A stretch of 64,000 nt of DNA from Rhina ancylostomus (Eukaryota). This document shows, piece after piece, positions 37,335 through 49,520 of this stretch. Numbering within the stretch: the stretch's first letter is position 1; each line of letters opens with the position of its first letter. A program made the position numbers and the translations under genes. The DNA is taken from contig JARFYF010000112.1 of the NCBI GenBank assembly GCA_030265395.1, forward strand, positions 17,399,643 through 17,463,642, written 5' to 3'. A model generated the notes under the pieces. It was not told the origin of the DNA. It ran no database searches and worked only from the letters and a program-made list of their open reading frames with translations.

Positions 37335-37930
37335 ACCAAAAAAAAAACAAACTGCTGGAGGAACTCAGTGGGTTGAGCAGCATCTGTGGGAGGAATTGTC
37401 GGAGTTTCAGGTCAAAACCCTGCATCGGGACTGAGAGAGGAGAGGGAAGATAGCTGGTCTAAAGNNNNNNNNNNNNNNNNNNNNNNNNNNNNNNNNNNNN
37501 NNNNNNNNNNNNNNNNNNNNNNNNNNNNNNNNNNNNNNNNNNNNNNNNNNNNNNNNNNNNNNNNTTTCAGGTCAAAACCCTGCATCGGGACTGAGAGAGG
37601 AGAGGGAAGATAGCTGGTATAAAGAGAAGGGGACAGCTGAGACAAGGGCCAGTAGGTGAAAGGTGGACCAAGGAGAAGTGAAGGATGATGGGAAGATGGA
37701 GCCACATTGATGGGGAGGGATGGAGTGGGAGACAGAGGCAATGGGGTGATAAGTGGAAGCAGACAAGGAAAATAAAAGAGGCAGGTGGAGCAGGGTAGGG
37801 GGAGGGGTGAAAGTGGACACAGACGCTGGAGGGGATAAATGGGGATACAAAGGCTCCTAGNNNNNNNNNNTGATAATGGGAACCATCAAGGCATTAAGGG
37901 AGACATCGAGGACAGTCGGAACCAGATAGA
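37335..37930 (-). mobile_element. Penelope-like element end, relatively young, spanning N gaps
   Basis: actgctggaggaactcagtgggttgagcagcatctgtggg...gtttcaggtcaaaaccctgcatcgggactg, followed by a purine-rich body. About 60 bp are duplicated across the gap. Confidence 0.8.
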
Positions 37931-38260
37931 AACAAAGAAAATAGGTGTTAGAGCAGGTCATTCAACCTTTTCAATCTGCTCCTCCATTCAATACAATCAT
38001 GGCAGATCCTCTATCTCAATGTCATATTCATGTTCTCTTTACATATTATTTGATGGCTTTCATGCCCAGAAATCCACCTGGATCATTTTTAAATACACTC
38101 AGTGACATAGTATTCCAGATTTCTGTGGCAGCCAGCTCTACTGATTCACAACTCCTGAGTAAAGAAGTTTCTCCTCATCTCCTTTAATGTCTTACCCAGT
38201 GTTTGGAGACTGTGACCTTCTTGTTGTAAAAGCCAGAGACGAGGGAAACATCATCCTACA
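37930..38260 (-). mobile_element. CR1/HER1 3' end, old
   Basis: aagaaataggtgttagagcaggtcattcaacc...ctccattcaatacaatcatggcagatc...agaagtttctcctcatctc. Confidence 0.75.
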
Positions 38261-39213
38261 TCTAATAATCATAAATTTTCTTAATATCTGCTTTTTTGGC
38301 ACCAGAGGAATAAAAAGTACTACCTTAAGAGTATCAGTATCTTATGATAGCACTTCCATCTGCCTTAAATCAATCCACATCTATCTTTACCATCCTCTTA
38401 TTCTTCATTTATTTATTAAACTTTGACTTTAGCCGAGATACTTCCTTTTTTGAACCATATGACTACCTTTGTATTTCTTTGTTATTTTTAAAGGTCTCCC
38501 AATCTTCTGGATTTTCATTGTTTTCTTTTAGTTTATCATTTCTTATGGGTTAAACACAAACAAGCAGATATAAGAGCATAGATACCCCTATGAGGGTGAA
38601 GTCTTGGCCTTGTATTGAAGCTGGAACTTGTTTGAAAACTTGCCACTTCTTGCAATTAGCTATTGTGGTCATTTCCCCTTCTATTTCAATTTTGCTTTAT
38701 TGAACCTTACATACTAGTTATGATTCTCCCTTCTCCCTCTCAAACTAAATCTAATATAACCTTACTTCTTGCTGGGTTCCAAAACACAATAGCATCTCCA
38801 GTACCTTTTTGAAATTATAAACTTAAATGTACAGAATTAAAACAAATATTTTCAGCTGCAAAACCAGAAGCTTGGTATAATACACTAAATATGCTTTAGA
38901 ACCAACTCTACAATAAAATTCATGATGTAATGACAGGCTACAATAAAATTATTAAAACTATTTAATGGAAATTTCTCTTCCACTTCCATTAAACCTAATA
39001 ACAATGATCTCTCTTGTAACAGCAATCAATGTTCCATGTACATTGAAAACTCACCAGGATGGGTGATTGTTATACACCACTGGACTAATGTAATTCTCAG
39101 TCAAACATATTATCTGACAATTTACTCTAAGATAGGAGCTGTAGCCAGAACATAAAGGGCTATTTTATTACAACGCTTTCTTAATTATGATTATGATCAC
39201 TACTTTGAAAGAT

Positions 39214-39495
39214 TAGTAGTGATCTTTCAAAAATTTGTAACAGTCCCAGTTGACTAGAAGATAGGAAACGTTTAAGGATGGAGGGAATGATAAAATGTCG
39301 GGTAACAGATTAATCACCTGATACAAGTTGTTGGGAAAATGGTGAAATCTATTAATGAGACTGTGATAACAGGACACTGAGAAAATCATAGTCAGCGTGG
39401 TTTTGTGAAAGGGAAATTGAATTTCACACTTAAATATGTTTTCTGAGGATGTGACAAGTAGAGTAGATAAGGAGTAACTTGTGGATGTTGCACAA
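39214..39495 (+). mobile_element. CR1/HER1 RT fragment
   Basis: LVVIFQ, agtcagcgtggttttgtgaaagggaaa (SQ.GFVKGK) and gaggatgtgacaagtagagtagataag (EDVTSRVDK). Confidence 0.8.
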
Positions 39496-40314
39496 ATGTC
39501 GATGAAAAGACATAGTGTACTGTATCCATGGTGCAGGTTTTCACTGTGAAGATTGATTATGGAATGGAGTTATTACTTGGGAAGAGGATTCCTGGTCTTT
39601 TCTGGCAGTCAGTTCCTTAGAGAAGGCTAACCAAATATCCTTACCAGCTATCAAACAAGCTTTTGGCTGTTCCCTTTCAACCTTCAACTAAATCACCCCA
39701 CCAAAGGAGATAACACACACCACCGTATAAAACACACCACTGATAGAAGTGTTAAAAAACCTGTTTTTATTCAAAGGCCAAAAATATCTCTTAACAAATT
39801 TATCTTATTTCTTTAAGACACCTGCCATCTAAATACTAGCTTTGAAGCCACGGTCACAGGTTTTTTTTTGGAAGTATACCATATGCATTTCAGGAACATA
39901 ATAAGATCAAAAACTCTGAGTGCATAGGTCTTTGTACTCAATTGTATGCAACTTTTGCTGGTGTACTCTCTTTATAAGCAGTCAGGTGCAATCATCTGAA
40001 ATTCAGATGTGTTAATCAGGCAAAGAATAAATGCTGATAAAGGTAAAGCACACATTTTTCCTGCACCTGTCATCCATATATAGGCATTAAACCCCAGAAA
40101 TTCTTCCCCAGACAGTTTAACAGCCAGCCAAGTTAGGAATCTTGCACTAACTCTATCGGGATGCAAAATTGACAGATGGAGAAGGGAATAATTTAAAGTC
40201 ACTGAAGTGTAATTGAAAATACTTCATTGAATTTTAGGGATCACTTTTTTTACAACTTCTAAAAGTTCTGATAATTCCTTTTTTTCCAGGGTAAAAGCTT
40301 GCTTCTATTTGGAT

Positions 40315-41290
40315 TTGAGGGACCCCACTGTAGCTACTTTGGGAGTCACATCTCAATGAAGGCTGAGATCAATGATGAAATTGAACATAATCTTCAATGC
40401 ACTGCACATCTTTAGCCAACAGAGGAAAAGGCTGGTTGAAGATTAAGACTTCAAACTGGGCACAAGGCTCATGGTTTACTGTACAGCAATGATCCTTGCC
40501 TTCCTGTACAATTCTGTGTCATGAACTACCTGCAGCTGGCATTTGAAACTAGGAGAGAGATATCACTTGCACTGCCTCTACAAAATCTTCCAAATCCACT
40601 GACAGGATAAATGAACCAACGGAGTTCTCTCGCTGACTAACATCTATAACAGTGAAGCACAATTTACACTCTTACACTGTTCACAGGCCTTAAATCTGAT
40701 GCCAAACACAAATCTAGTCCAAGCTCAGTCACAGGAAAAGAATACCAAGTGGAAAGAAGGAATACTTCAAGGATGTTTTCAAAATCACACATTACAGCAT
40801 TACATTACATTACAATACATTACAAAAAAACATTACAGCACAGTACAGACCCTTCAGCCCACAATGTTGTGTCGACATTTTATCCTGCTCTAAGATCTAT
40901 CTAACCCTTCCCTCCCATGAAGCCCTCCATTTCTCTATCATTCATGTGTCTATCTAAGTGTCTCTTAAAAATCACCTTAAAGAAATGTGATATATCCACC
41001 ATCATATGTGAATCCTTGGACCATGTCCACTTAAATTGAAGAAGGATCATTTGTGGAATTGGGAACAGTGAATCCATTTCTCAGGATCACACAGGAGCCC
41101 ACAGTAAGCCACCTTTCAAGCTGCTAACTTGCTTGTCGCACCCCGCTGTGCCCCGTGCCAATTCTCTGGGTCCCACATTGACCTCATCAGCTACCTCAGA
41201 ACCCAGAGGGGTTGAGGTAAGACTGGGACAACAGAGTAAGGAGAGTAATGCGAGAAGGAGAAGGAAGCAACAGCTGAAGATGAGAAAAGG
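40315..41290 (+). mobile_element. RTE-clade (BovB-like) LINE 3' portion, decayed
   Basis: YFGSHISMKAEINDEIEHNLQC, DFKLGTRLMVY, CLYKIFQIH*QD, KDVFKITLKKC (after removing the insert), SHIDLISYLRTQ, and a GAA-rich tail. Confidence 0.88.
40789..40967 (-). mobile_element. 5'-truncated CR1/HER1 3' UTR inserted in the RTE, with (ATTAC)n tail
   Basis: 8-bp TSD AAAATCAC at 40781-40788 and 40968-40975. Confidence 0.88.
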
Positions 41291-41509
41291 AGTTAACACC
41301 ACAAGGTAGTGACCAGATAGTAGGGATCAATGAATTAGGCACAGGAATTCTTGTACAGGCTGTGAGGTTTTGCAGCCATTTCCATCACAGAGGAAATTGG
41401 TTAAATTGACAAAACAGGAAAATATCCTGAATATGTCACAGTTTTGCACAAGTTCTTAAATGACATACTAAGTCATATTTACCACTCAAAATCTCTGGTC
41501 CTAAAAAAA

Positions 41510-41810
41510 ATCTACAAAATGAACTGCAGGTACCTGCCTTGGCTACTCCAGCAGCACCTTCTAAACCTTCAATCCCCACCATCGAGGAGAACACCACCAC
41601 CTGCACAATCCTCTTTGTTACACCATTCCAACTGGGAAATAAATCAATGGCCCTTCATCATTGCTGGGTCTAAATCCTGGACTTCCAACCTGCAGCATGC
41701 TGGGAGTTCCTTTGCAAAAAATGATTCAAGACAGCGGTTCACCATTACCTTCTCAAGTGTAATTAGTGACAGAAAATAAATGTTTACCAACAAAACCCAT
41801 ATACTGAAAG
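41510..41810 (+). mobile_element. CR1-clade (non-HER1) LINE 3' end
   Basis: IYKMNC...LLQQHLLN...FIIAGSKSWTS; same family as 27430. Confidence 0.75.
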
Positions 41811-41950
41811 ATGAATAATATGTATTTCCAATTGCAATGGATTTTGAAATAAAAAATGTTTAAAATATTTATATTTTATCTTCTACTTTAATCTTATGTA
41901 CATGTCATTAAAGTTACTTTGTGCTTGGGAAAATACACAAAACATTAGCT

Positions 41951-42444
41951 TGTGGCAACTTACCTTTCACGAACCGGCTCCCACGATTGCGAGCATCGTC
42001 GGAGGCCCCGACACAAGATGGCACGGGGCACTCCTTCTTTGTGGGCTAGTGGAGCCCACGCGCAGGAAGGTCACGTGACCTGCGCTTGACGTCAGCGCGG
42101 GAACAGTGTTTATTAAAGGGGCAGCACACCCCAGCCGTTCATTCGACTCTTGGACTCCAGACAAGTGTCCCGTGTCTTTATTCAGTGTAGCTAGTCGCTA
42201 CATTGGTGACCCCAACGGGCCCAAATGTTTTTGGACCCANNNNNNNNNNNNNNNNNNNNNNNNNNNNNNNNNNNNNNNNNNNNNNNNNNNNNNNNNNNNN
42301 NNNNNNNNNNNNNNNNNNNNNNNNNNNNNNNNNNNNNNNCGGGAACGGTGTTTATTAAAGGGGCAGCGCACCCCAGTCGTTCATTCGACTCTTGGACTCC
42401 AAACAAGTGTCCCGTGACTTTATTCAGTGTAGCTAGTCGCTACA
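41951..42444 (+). mobile_element. Young Gypsy-like LTR retrotransposon: 5' LTR 41951-42202, interior in the N gap, partial 3' LTR 42340-42444
   Basis: TGT...ACA termini, 4-bp TSD AGCT (41947-41950 and 42445-42448), and a PBS right after the 5' LTR. The two LTR copies differ at 5 of about 105 comparable nt; the element is CpG-rich. Confidence 0.92.
42204..42217 (+). promoter_or_regulatory. Primer binding site complementary to the tRNA-Trp 3' end
   Basis: TGGTGACCCCAACG versus the tRNA-Trp PBS TGGTGACCCCGACG (13/14), 1 nt after the LTR end CA. Confidence 0.85.
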
Positions 42445-43744
42445 AGCTGATAACTGTGCTTTGTTCTTCCCTGTTTGCAGCCTGACATTTTTTTTAAATT
42501 AAAAGCTAATCCAGTTTGAAGACATCGCTGGTGATGGATTCCCAGGAGCCTCAAACTGATGCCTGACAGGAACCATCACTGAAAAGGGGGAAATCACTTT
42601 ATCCTTGTAAGCAATTTAGTTTGAAGTTAGTGGCAAGCACTGTCGCTTCAATCCAGCCAAATGATGTTTTGTTCTAAAATTAAGCTGAATTGTCAATCGT
42701 AAAGGGCTTTAGCATGTGTTTGAAACAGGCACAATGTGTGTTTTCCTTTTTAATCAGCACTCCATTTACTTATGCTCATAGTATTGTACCTTTGATCATG
42801 AATGATTGGCAGTACTCACTTCGAAGGGATTAATCTGTGCCTTACAGAAAACTCTGAAGCCAACATATTCCACATGTAACAGCTTTTTCAAATATCTCTC
42901 CTTTATTCCATGATTAACCATCTTTATCTCCCCTATACCACCTCCTTTTACAAATTCATACAGAGAAGCCTCATGGACTTTCTCATTCTTACAAGTTGAC
43001 GTTACTTGTTTAACTGCCTGTCATTTTCTATTCATCTGCCTCTTCCCAAGACCTCCTGTCATCAACCTCTTCGAATGGTATTTTTTCTCCTTCATTCTTT
43101 CCAACCTCACTTCATCCATGAGGCTGACATTTTTCCTCTGACGATCCCTTCCTATTCAACTCTTAATCTAGGTACCTTACTGTGTGTTTTTGACTCAACT
43201 ACTCCAGTAGTCTTTGTTATTTTCCTCCCTTCATAATCTCCAAACATACTTCCCTGCAGATTGTTTGTTGTTCCACACTAATTTTCATTTATCCACCACC
43301 ACCATTTAATCATTCACCCCAGCAAATTAAATTTAAGATCTTCAGCTTTAAGTCCCTCCACACACTCATGTCCTTCCAAACCTTTGCAAGCTCTACACCC
43401 TGTCCTGTAGAAGTAGAAAAGAGATTTTTAATAAAAATTATTTTAGCTTAGTGTTTCAAATTAGTTCCGTGATTTTTGGAGATCTCATTTTTTAATGTTT
43501 TTAAATCATTCACTTAAATGGCTCTGGATTTCATAGATGTGTAAAAACTGTTAAAATCCTTGAGTTTTAACAGAAGGAAGGTTCAACCCCAGATCTGCCT
43601 TCCTTCAAAGCCCACCAGGAATGGGACCAATCGTCAACACCACTTGAAGCACGGGGCCTAATCACAGCTGAGACTTCACCATCTGACTTGTGTTTGCAGA
43701 GTGCCTGTGAAATTGGCCCTCTGCATCTGGACCAGGAGAGTAAA

Positions 43745-43865
43745 GTCATAGAGAGATGTAGCATGGAACCCAGCCCTTTGGTCCACCAAGTCCAGAGCAA
43801 CCATCATTCATCAGTATGGACTAGCTGGGCTGAAGGGCCTGTCTCTGTGCCATATACTCTATGAC
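43745..43865. repeat. Two CR1/HER1 3' tails joined head-to-head (imperfect inverted repeat)
   Basis: gtcatagag...agccctttggtccaccaagtcc on the left and ggactagctgggctgaagggcc...ctctatgac on the right. Confidence 0.8.
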
Positions 43866-44759
43866 GCACATTTACAAGAGTCCTACGTTAATCCCAAGTG
43901 TGCAGTGATCCTGGGTCCAGCTAACTCCAGCCCCATGAACTTTCAACATAACTTTATCAACTGCATCAGAACCACATGTGACAGTCATATCTAGATCTTG
44001 AAATTCNNNNNNNNNNNNNNNNNNNNNNNNNNNNNNNNNNNNNNNNNNNNNNNNNNNNNNNNNNNNNNNNNNNNNNNNNNNNNNNNNNNNNNNNNNNNNN
44101 NNNAGCTCATTTTAAATAGTTCTTCAACAGTTTTTCAACATTCTAAAGTCATTTAAACTAAATTCAGTACAACACATTTCTTCAAAAGCTAGTCATAAGA
44201 TATAAACCTGTTGCCTTTTCCAAAAAAGATTTTTTGCAGATGTTGCTTGCATATGATAGGTACACAATCTAGTCCACAATGAACAAGGTTCATATGTGTG
44301 TTGCACTGTTAAGTGGCAATGAGTAATATAATGACTTATAATGTAAATTAGATGGAAGAGGGTGAAGGACAGAACTTGGTCTAATGATTCTGATTAAAGG
44401 TTATCCACTTGAAACACTTCACCTGTTTTTGTTTCCAGCATTTTTTGATTTTGTTTTAATTTAATGGAAGTGATTCTAAATTAAACTCAACTTAAGTAGT
44501 CAGTAAAGTTCAAGAACCGGCTTCTCATCTCTTGAGAGTGCATTTTAGAAATCCTTACAGATATAACACAGGAGTTCAGCAATTTCAGATGGTAATTACT
44601 ATTGAAACTTAGCAGGTACTCTGGAAAACTGTTCTGCTGTGTAACATGTAAAACAAAAAGGTGAATTAAAAGTGTTTTGGAGTATTTAACTGATCCAACA
44701 GTGCAGAATGTCTGCCAGTCTAGCACCACAAAAGTTCTGAGCATGTTGTTTTTACTGTC

Positions 44760-45000
44760 CCATCATTTCTTTTGCCACTTAATCTCTCCTGTCACAGATC
44801 TTCTCTCAAGTTTTATCTCCTTTTGCTCTACACTTGCTCAAAACCCCTTTTTGTAAAATTTCCTATTCTAATAGTCAGTCAACAACTTGAAACAAACTTT
44901 GTTTCCCTCTCCACAATGTGCTGCCTGACCTGCTGAGTAGTTCCAGCATTTTCCCTGTTCATTTCAGATTCCTGGCATCAGCAATTTTATTTTTGGTTTT
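44760..45000 (+). mobile_element. Penelope-like terminal repeat
   Basis: ttgaaac...ctctccacaatgtgctgcctgacctgctgagtagttccagcattttc...tttcagattcc. Confidence 0.75.
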
Positions 45001-46425
45001 CTTCACTTGTATACATTGCACTCTTCCAAAATTTTAACTATTAAAGATTATGAATAAATTTTCAAACTGGAACTACAAGCATCCAGAGAAGAACACGTCA
45101 GATTATTGGCCACTCGTCTTTGTCAACTCAATTGCACAACTCCTACTTTCCAACCTTGAATTCTCAAGGATCCCAAGAATCCTGGGTAGAACAACACAGC
45201 ACACACCAAGACATGGCTGTGCAATTAAAAAAATCATGAGTTTTCAGAAGAGTGAACTGTACTTCTGTTTGAGTTTATTCTTTACAATCCTGACAACACT
45301 GGTATCTTAACACAAGTACTAACACTGAAGTCTTGAAGTGTTGCTTTGGTGATGCAAGACTAACAGGCCATATGACAGACAGGAACATTGGGGTGAAGTA
45401 TTGATGGCCAAAAAGGATACATATCTTTCAAATGCTTATATTTTCTTTTTATCAAACATTTTTGTTTCAATAATATTTTAAATAACTGAGGTTTTAGATA
45501 TTTTAAATATAAAACCACAAAAAAATTCAAGTAGTATATTACTGGCTACTAACCCAGTGAACAATAGGATTGCCGTTTGCTGTTTGATCATGAAGCTTGA
45601 AATAACATTATAGAAACAAGTTAGTGGAAAGCAAAATCCAGTGAAATGCAAAATATCCAGCTCAAGCCCCACCCTGTAAAATAAGTTAAATTTCTCTAAC
45701 CATCTACAGTTTGTGAAACTGATGCAGAAATTTATAATGATAAATGCTAAAGTAAAACAGTGCATCAACACTGTAGACAGATAGTGTGCACCAACACAGG
45801 ATTTTGGGTTGTTTAATAATTTATCAATAAGTAAACAAGCCTTAATTAAAAGAATGAATAGAAGAGAACAACACCAAGCTAACAAATTTAGCATTCATCC
45901 AGTTACATTGTCAACAATGTTTTCCAGCCAAATTTCATCTTTTGAAGTTGTCATATGGAAAAAAAATAATCATTACTACAACTATTTANNNNNNNNNNNN
46001 NNNNNNNNNNNNNNNNNNNNNNNNNNNNNNNNNNNNNNNNNNNNNNNNNNNNNNNGGATGGGGGGCTGAATCTTGTGCTCTTAGACAACAGTTGAATGGT
46101 TCGAATGTACTCTAATTAATTATTTACATTCCCCCTTCAAATGACCATAGGAGCTTTAGAGTAAACGTGCTTAAGTCTGCATGGCTCTCTCCTCCCAGGT
46201 ACTCCAAGAGCACAAAGAGAACCTCAGGCTTGAGTGCAAAAAATGGCTGAAAATAAGTAAGTTTGAAACAAAACTGGGGACCAGAACTTCCATGTAACAA
46301 AGAGGTTCCCATACATACCAAAAAGGTAAATCTACTTCTAAATATGGGATATCACCAACATTTTCACCAATTCTTTACTTTTCACACCCAGTAACAATAC
46401 TGTTTTAAAATTCACCATGGGAGAA

Positions 46426-46580
46426 TTGTTAATTGGTTTATTATTGTCATATGTACCAGGATATAGTGAAACACTTTGTTTTGCATGGCAGACACACCAT
46501 TCCAAACATAAGTACGTCAAGGTAGCACAGAGTGAAAAGTAATAACACAATGCAGACTATAGTGTTAAAGAAAAAGTGGG
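46426..46580 (-). mobile_element. Rex1/Babar LINE 3' tail
   Basis: aattggtttattattgtcatatgtacc...agtgaaacactttgttttgcatg is reverse-similar to 63900-64000. Confidence 0.75.
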
Positions 46581-48034
46581 TGCAGTCCTCAATTCAAAAT
46601 AAAGCACCATTAACCACACTTTAGGGAAATAATCTTTCTTTGAAGACAGTAGTCAGGCTTGCTCATTGGGATTTTTTGAGAAAAACGTAACATTTAAATT
46701 ATGTGGTTTACCAATGGACAACATATACTTTGTCTGCAATTTCCAGTTCAACATCATGAATGATTGGAAAATCTCATCTTTGCACCAGCAAGGCCTTGCT
46801 GATAACAAGGGTGTTGTAAAATATTGTCCAGGAAATTCTGTGAAGATTTCAAAGTTACTGAATGAAGATATCTTAACTTTAAAGAAATTCTTTATATTTG
46901 CCACCATTTCACTTGGAATTATTTTCATTCTAATTCATTCCCATATTCATTTTCTTATCAAAATTTCCATTTCTAAAAGTTTCCTGCAACTGTCCATGAG
47001 TGGTACAAACAATACTAAAGAGTCATATTTCACAAAGCAGCAATCATGCATGTTCAAGGTGGCTTGAGTGAGAGCAGCATTGCAACAGCTGGACAAGAAG
47101 TAATGCAGAAGTAGACATGTTACAAAATGGAGAATAATGGTGTACCATGTTACAAAATAGTGAACTGACAAGGCATAATGGGATGAACACAGTCCATTTC
47201 TGTGGTCTCATTTACAGAACAGATGAATTGAACCTTTGCTTATCAGTACTGAAGCAGTTTGAGCTGGATACACAAGGTCACTGAACATTAGGGCCATTGT
47301 TCCAGCTCAGAGATAGTGAATAGGGTGTCTGGTAAGCATCATGGGATGACCCAGGGCTGTCCATCATTTGTTCATAGGGTGTTAAACTATTCCCTTACAC
47401 CTTATTAAACATCTGGTAAGGTGTGCGTGTAATGTGTGTAATCAATTGTTCATATTGTTGGTCTGTAGCCAGCCAGGGATGAACTGGAATAAAGATATAA
47501 TAATAGATGTTTTCCCTCATTCTGTAGAGAAGCTGAATGGACATGCACACAACTTCTCTCTACTGGTGAAGTTTATATAACAATACTTGTATTACAAACC
47601 TTTGCATCTTGAAATGAACCTGGATTCCATGTAATTCTTCAATCACTCATTCCCCCCAACAAGGGACATATCTAAAGTATCCTGTATTGTAAACTGGCAA
47701 TGGAAATCTGTGAACCCAATCAGAGTAAAACAGGTGTCCACCAGTAATTGTTCATGGCAAAATTGCCCAGCAAAATGTATTTTGAAGCAAAATAAATGAA
47801 GGGATATGTAAATAGACCTATATAGCAAAATTAAATCAAAAAAATAACTTCAGCCAAAATGTCCATTCACAAGATCAGTATTTTCAAAGGATTTGTGTTG
47901 AGAAATTCTGTTCTACGTGTAGCAGTTATCAATATATTTAATCACATGCTACTAATTATAATTCAAATGAATTTCATTTTAATTTTAAAAATGCCAACTT
48001 TCTACATAATAATGGTGAGGCTGCACCTGGAATA

Positions 48035-48320
48035 TTAGAACAATACAGCACAGGAACAAGCCCTCGGCCCACAATGTCTGTGCTGACCATGATACCAACC
48101 AATTTAAACAATTCCCATCTGCTTGCACATGGTCTATATCCCTCAATCCCCTGCCTGGTTACATGTTCATCTAAATGCCTCTTAAAATGTGGCTATCATA
48201 TCTGCTTCCACCACTTTCCCTGGCAGTGCGTTTCAGGCACGCACCACTGTGTAAAAATACTTGCTTCACAAATTTCCTTTGAATTTCACCCTTCTCACCT
48301 TAAATCTATACCCTCTAGTA
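48035..48320 (-). mobile_element. CR1/HER1 3' end
   Basis: agaacaatacagcacaggaacaagccctcggcccac...ctgcttccaccactttccctggcag...ctcaccttaaatctataccctctagt. Confidence 0.88.
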
Positions 48321-49438
48321 CTAGCTATTTATTTTCTTTACAGAGTTCACCCCTCTGTGTGCCCAAAAATGTAGCCTTGAGGGAATACTGTATGTTTGAA
48401 ATTACTCATTGACCGTGATCTTTGTGGAAAACCGTAAGAATTATTGGCTCAGTAAGATATTAATTTCTCTAGCTCTGTGGCTGTAAATAGGAACTTAACC
48501 TTTTTGGGGTGCAAACATTAAGTCATTCATTACAAGTCACTTTTCGAGAACAAAATGCTGAAATGTGGCAAGGGAATTAAATGAACTTTCTCTAAATAAT
48601 AATATGCACAGAGAAAGAGCAGAGAAATTGGACTGAATGAGATAACTTCAGCAGCAAGCATGAGCATTATTAAGATAAGCATAACGGTACTTCACTTTAT
48701 TAAAATCCCAATGAATCTATTCAAAAGGACATTGATGTATTGGACAGAGATCAGTGAAAAGTCACTGGGATGATTCAGGTCTCTGAGCTCTAACTTGTAG
48801 CACAAGAATTCAGAAATGCAAGCTTACTTCCAATGGAGAAATGAAGGTGGAGGAATACAAGTTCTAAAATAAAATGTTGTTTATATAAATTGCAGAGCAT
48901 GACCATTATTAAGCCATATTGGTTTAATATTAACCTGTGTGTCAATTAGGAGATGGAGAAGCATCTTGTAGCCCACAGAATTGGAGACAATAGAGTTCTA
49001 TTTGAAGGTGAACAGAGGCTGGGCAACACAGTGCTTCCTGTGTTTCTAAAGCTCAGATGGTCAGTGGAATCAAGATTGGAAAGATGTGAATATAATTAAG
49101 TACTTGCACATTTTCTGACTGCACAAAGCAATGTTGAATAATTTTCCTTTCAGTCATTTAGTCAAGAGAAAACAGACTGCACGATAGAATGGATTGTTTG
49201 TGCAACCAGAAACTTAATGAACCAAATGGCTTTTCTTAAATTCACTGTCATGAAACAAGATGTGCTTACAAAATACATTTGTGATTCAGATTGCAGCTAT
49301 TTTTAAGTAGCAGAAAAAGGATGTGAAAGGAATTCTTTCTAGAATTATGAAATGAAAAAACATGTTGTAGATCTTACAAGCTTGGAAAATAACATACTAC
49401 ATTGCATTTTTCTCAGTGCTTCAATCTTTGACTCGTAC

Positions 49439-49520
49439 CTGATACACATGAAAAGCATTAGCAGCTCGTCCACGCAGAAACACCGTTGGAATCCAGACAT
49501 TTATCAGTGCACAGTGAGCC
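49439..49520 (-). CDS. SNX29: Sorting nexin 29, internal 82-nt exon (start of PX domain)
   Basis: Acceptor ttactttgtgtctgtcag, donor CAG|gtacga, phase 2 to 0. Encodes AHCALINVWIPTVFLRGRAANAFHVYQ, versus recalled human SNRALINVWIPSVFLRGKAANAFHVYQ. Confidence 0.95.

Noticed and set aside
37405-37624. About 60-bp direct repeat across an N gap as a real tandem duplication
   Set aside because: Near-identical copies abut the gap, so it is most simply a contig overlap artefact.
47300-47582. Possible solo LTR (TGTT...AACA with AATAAA)
   Set aside because: No matching TSD for either candidate start.
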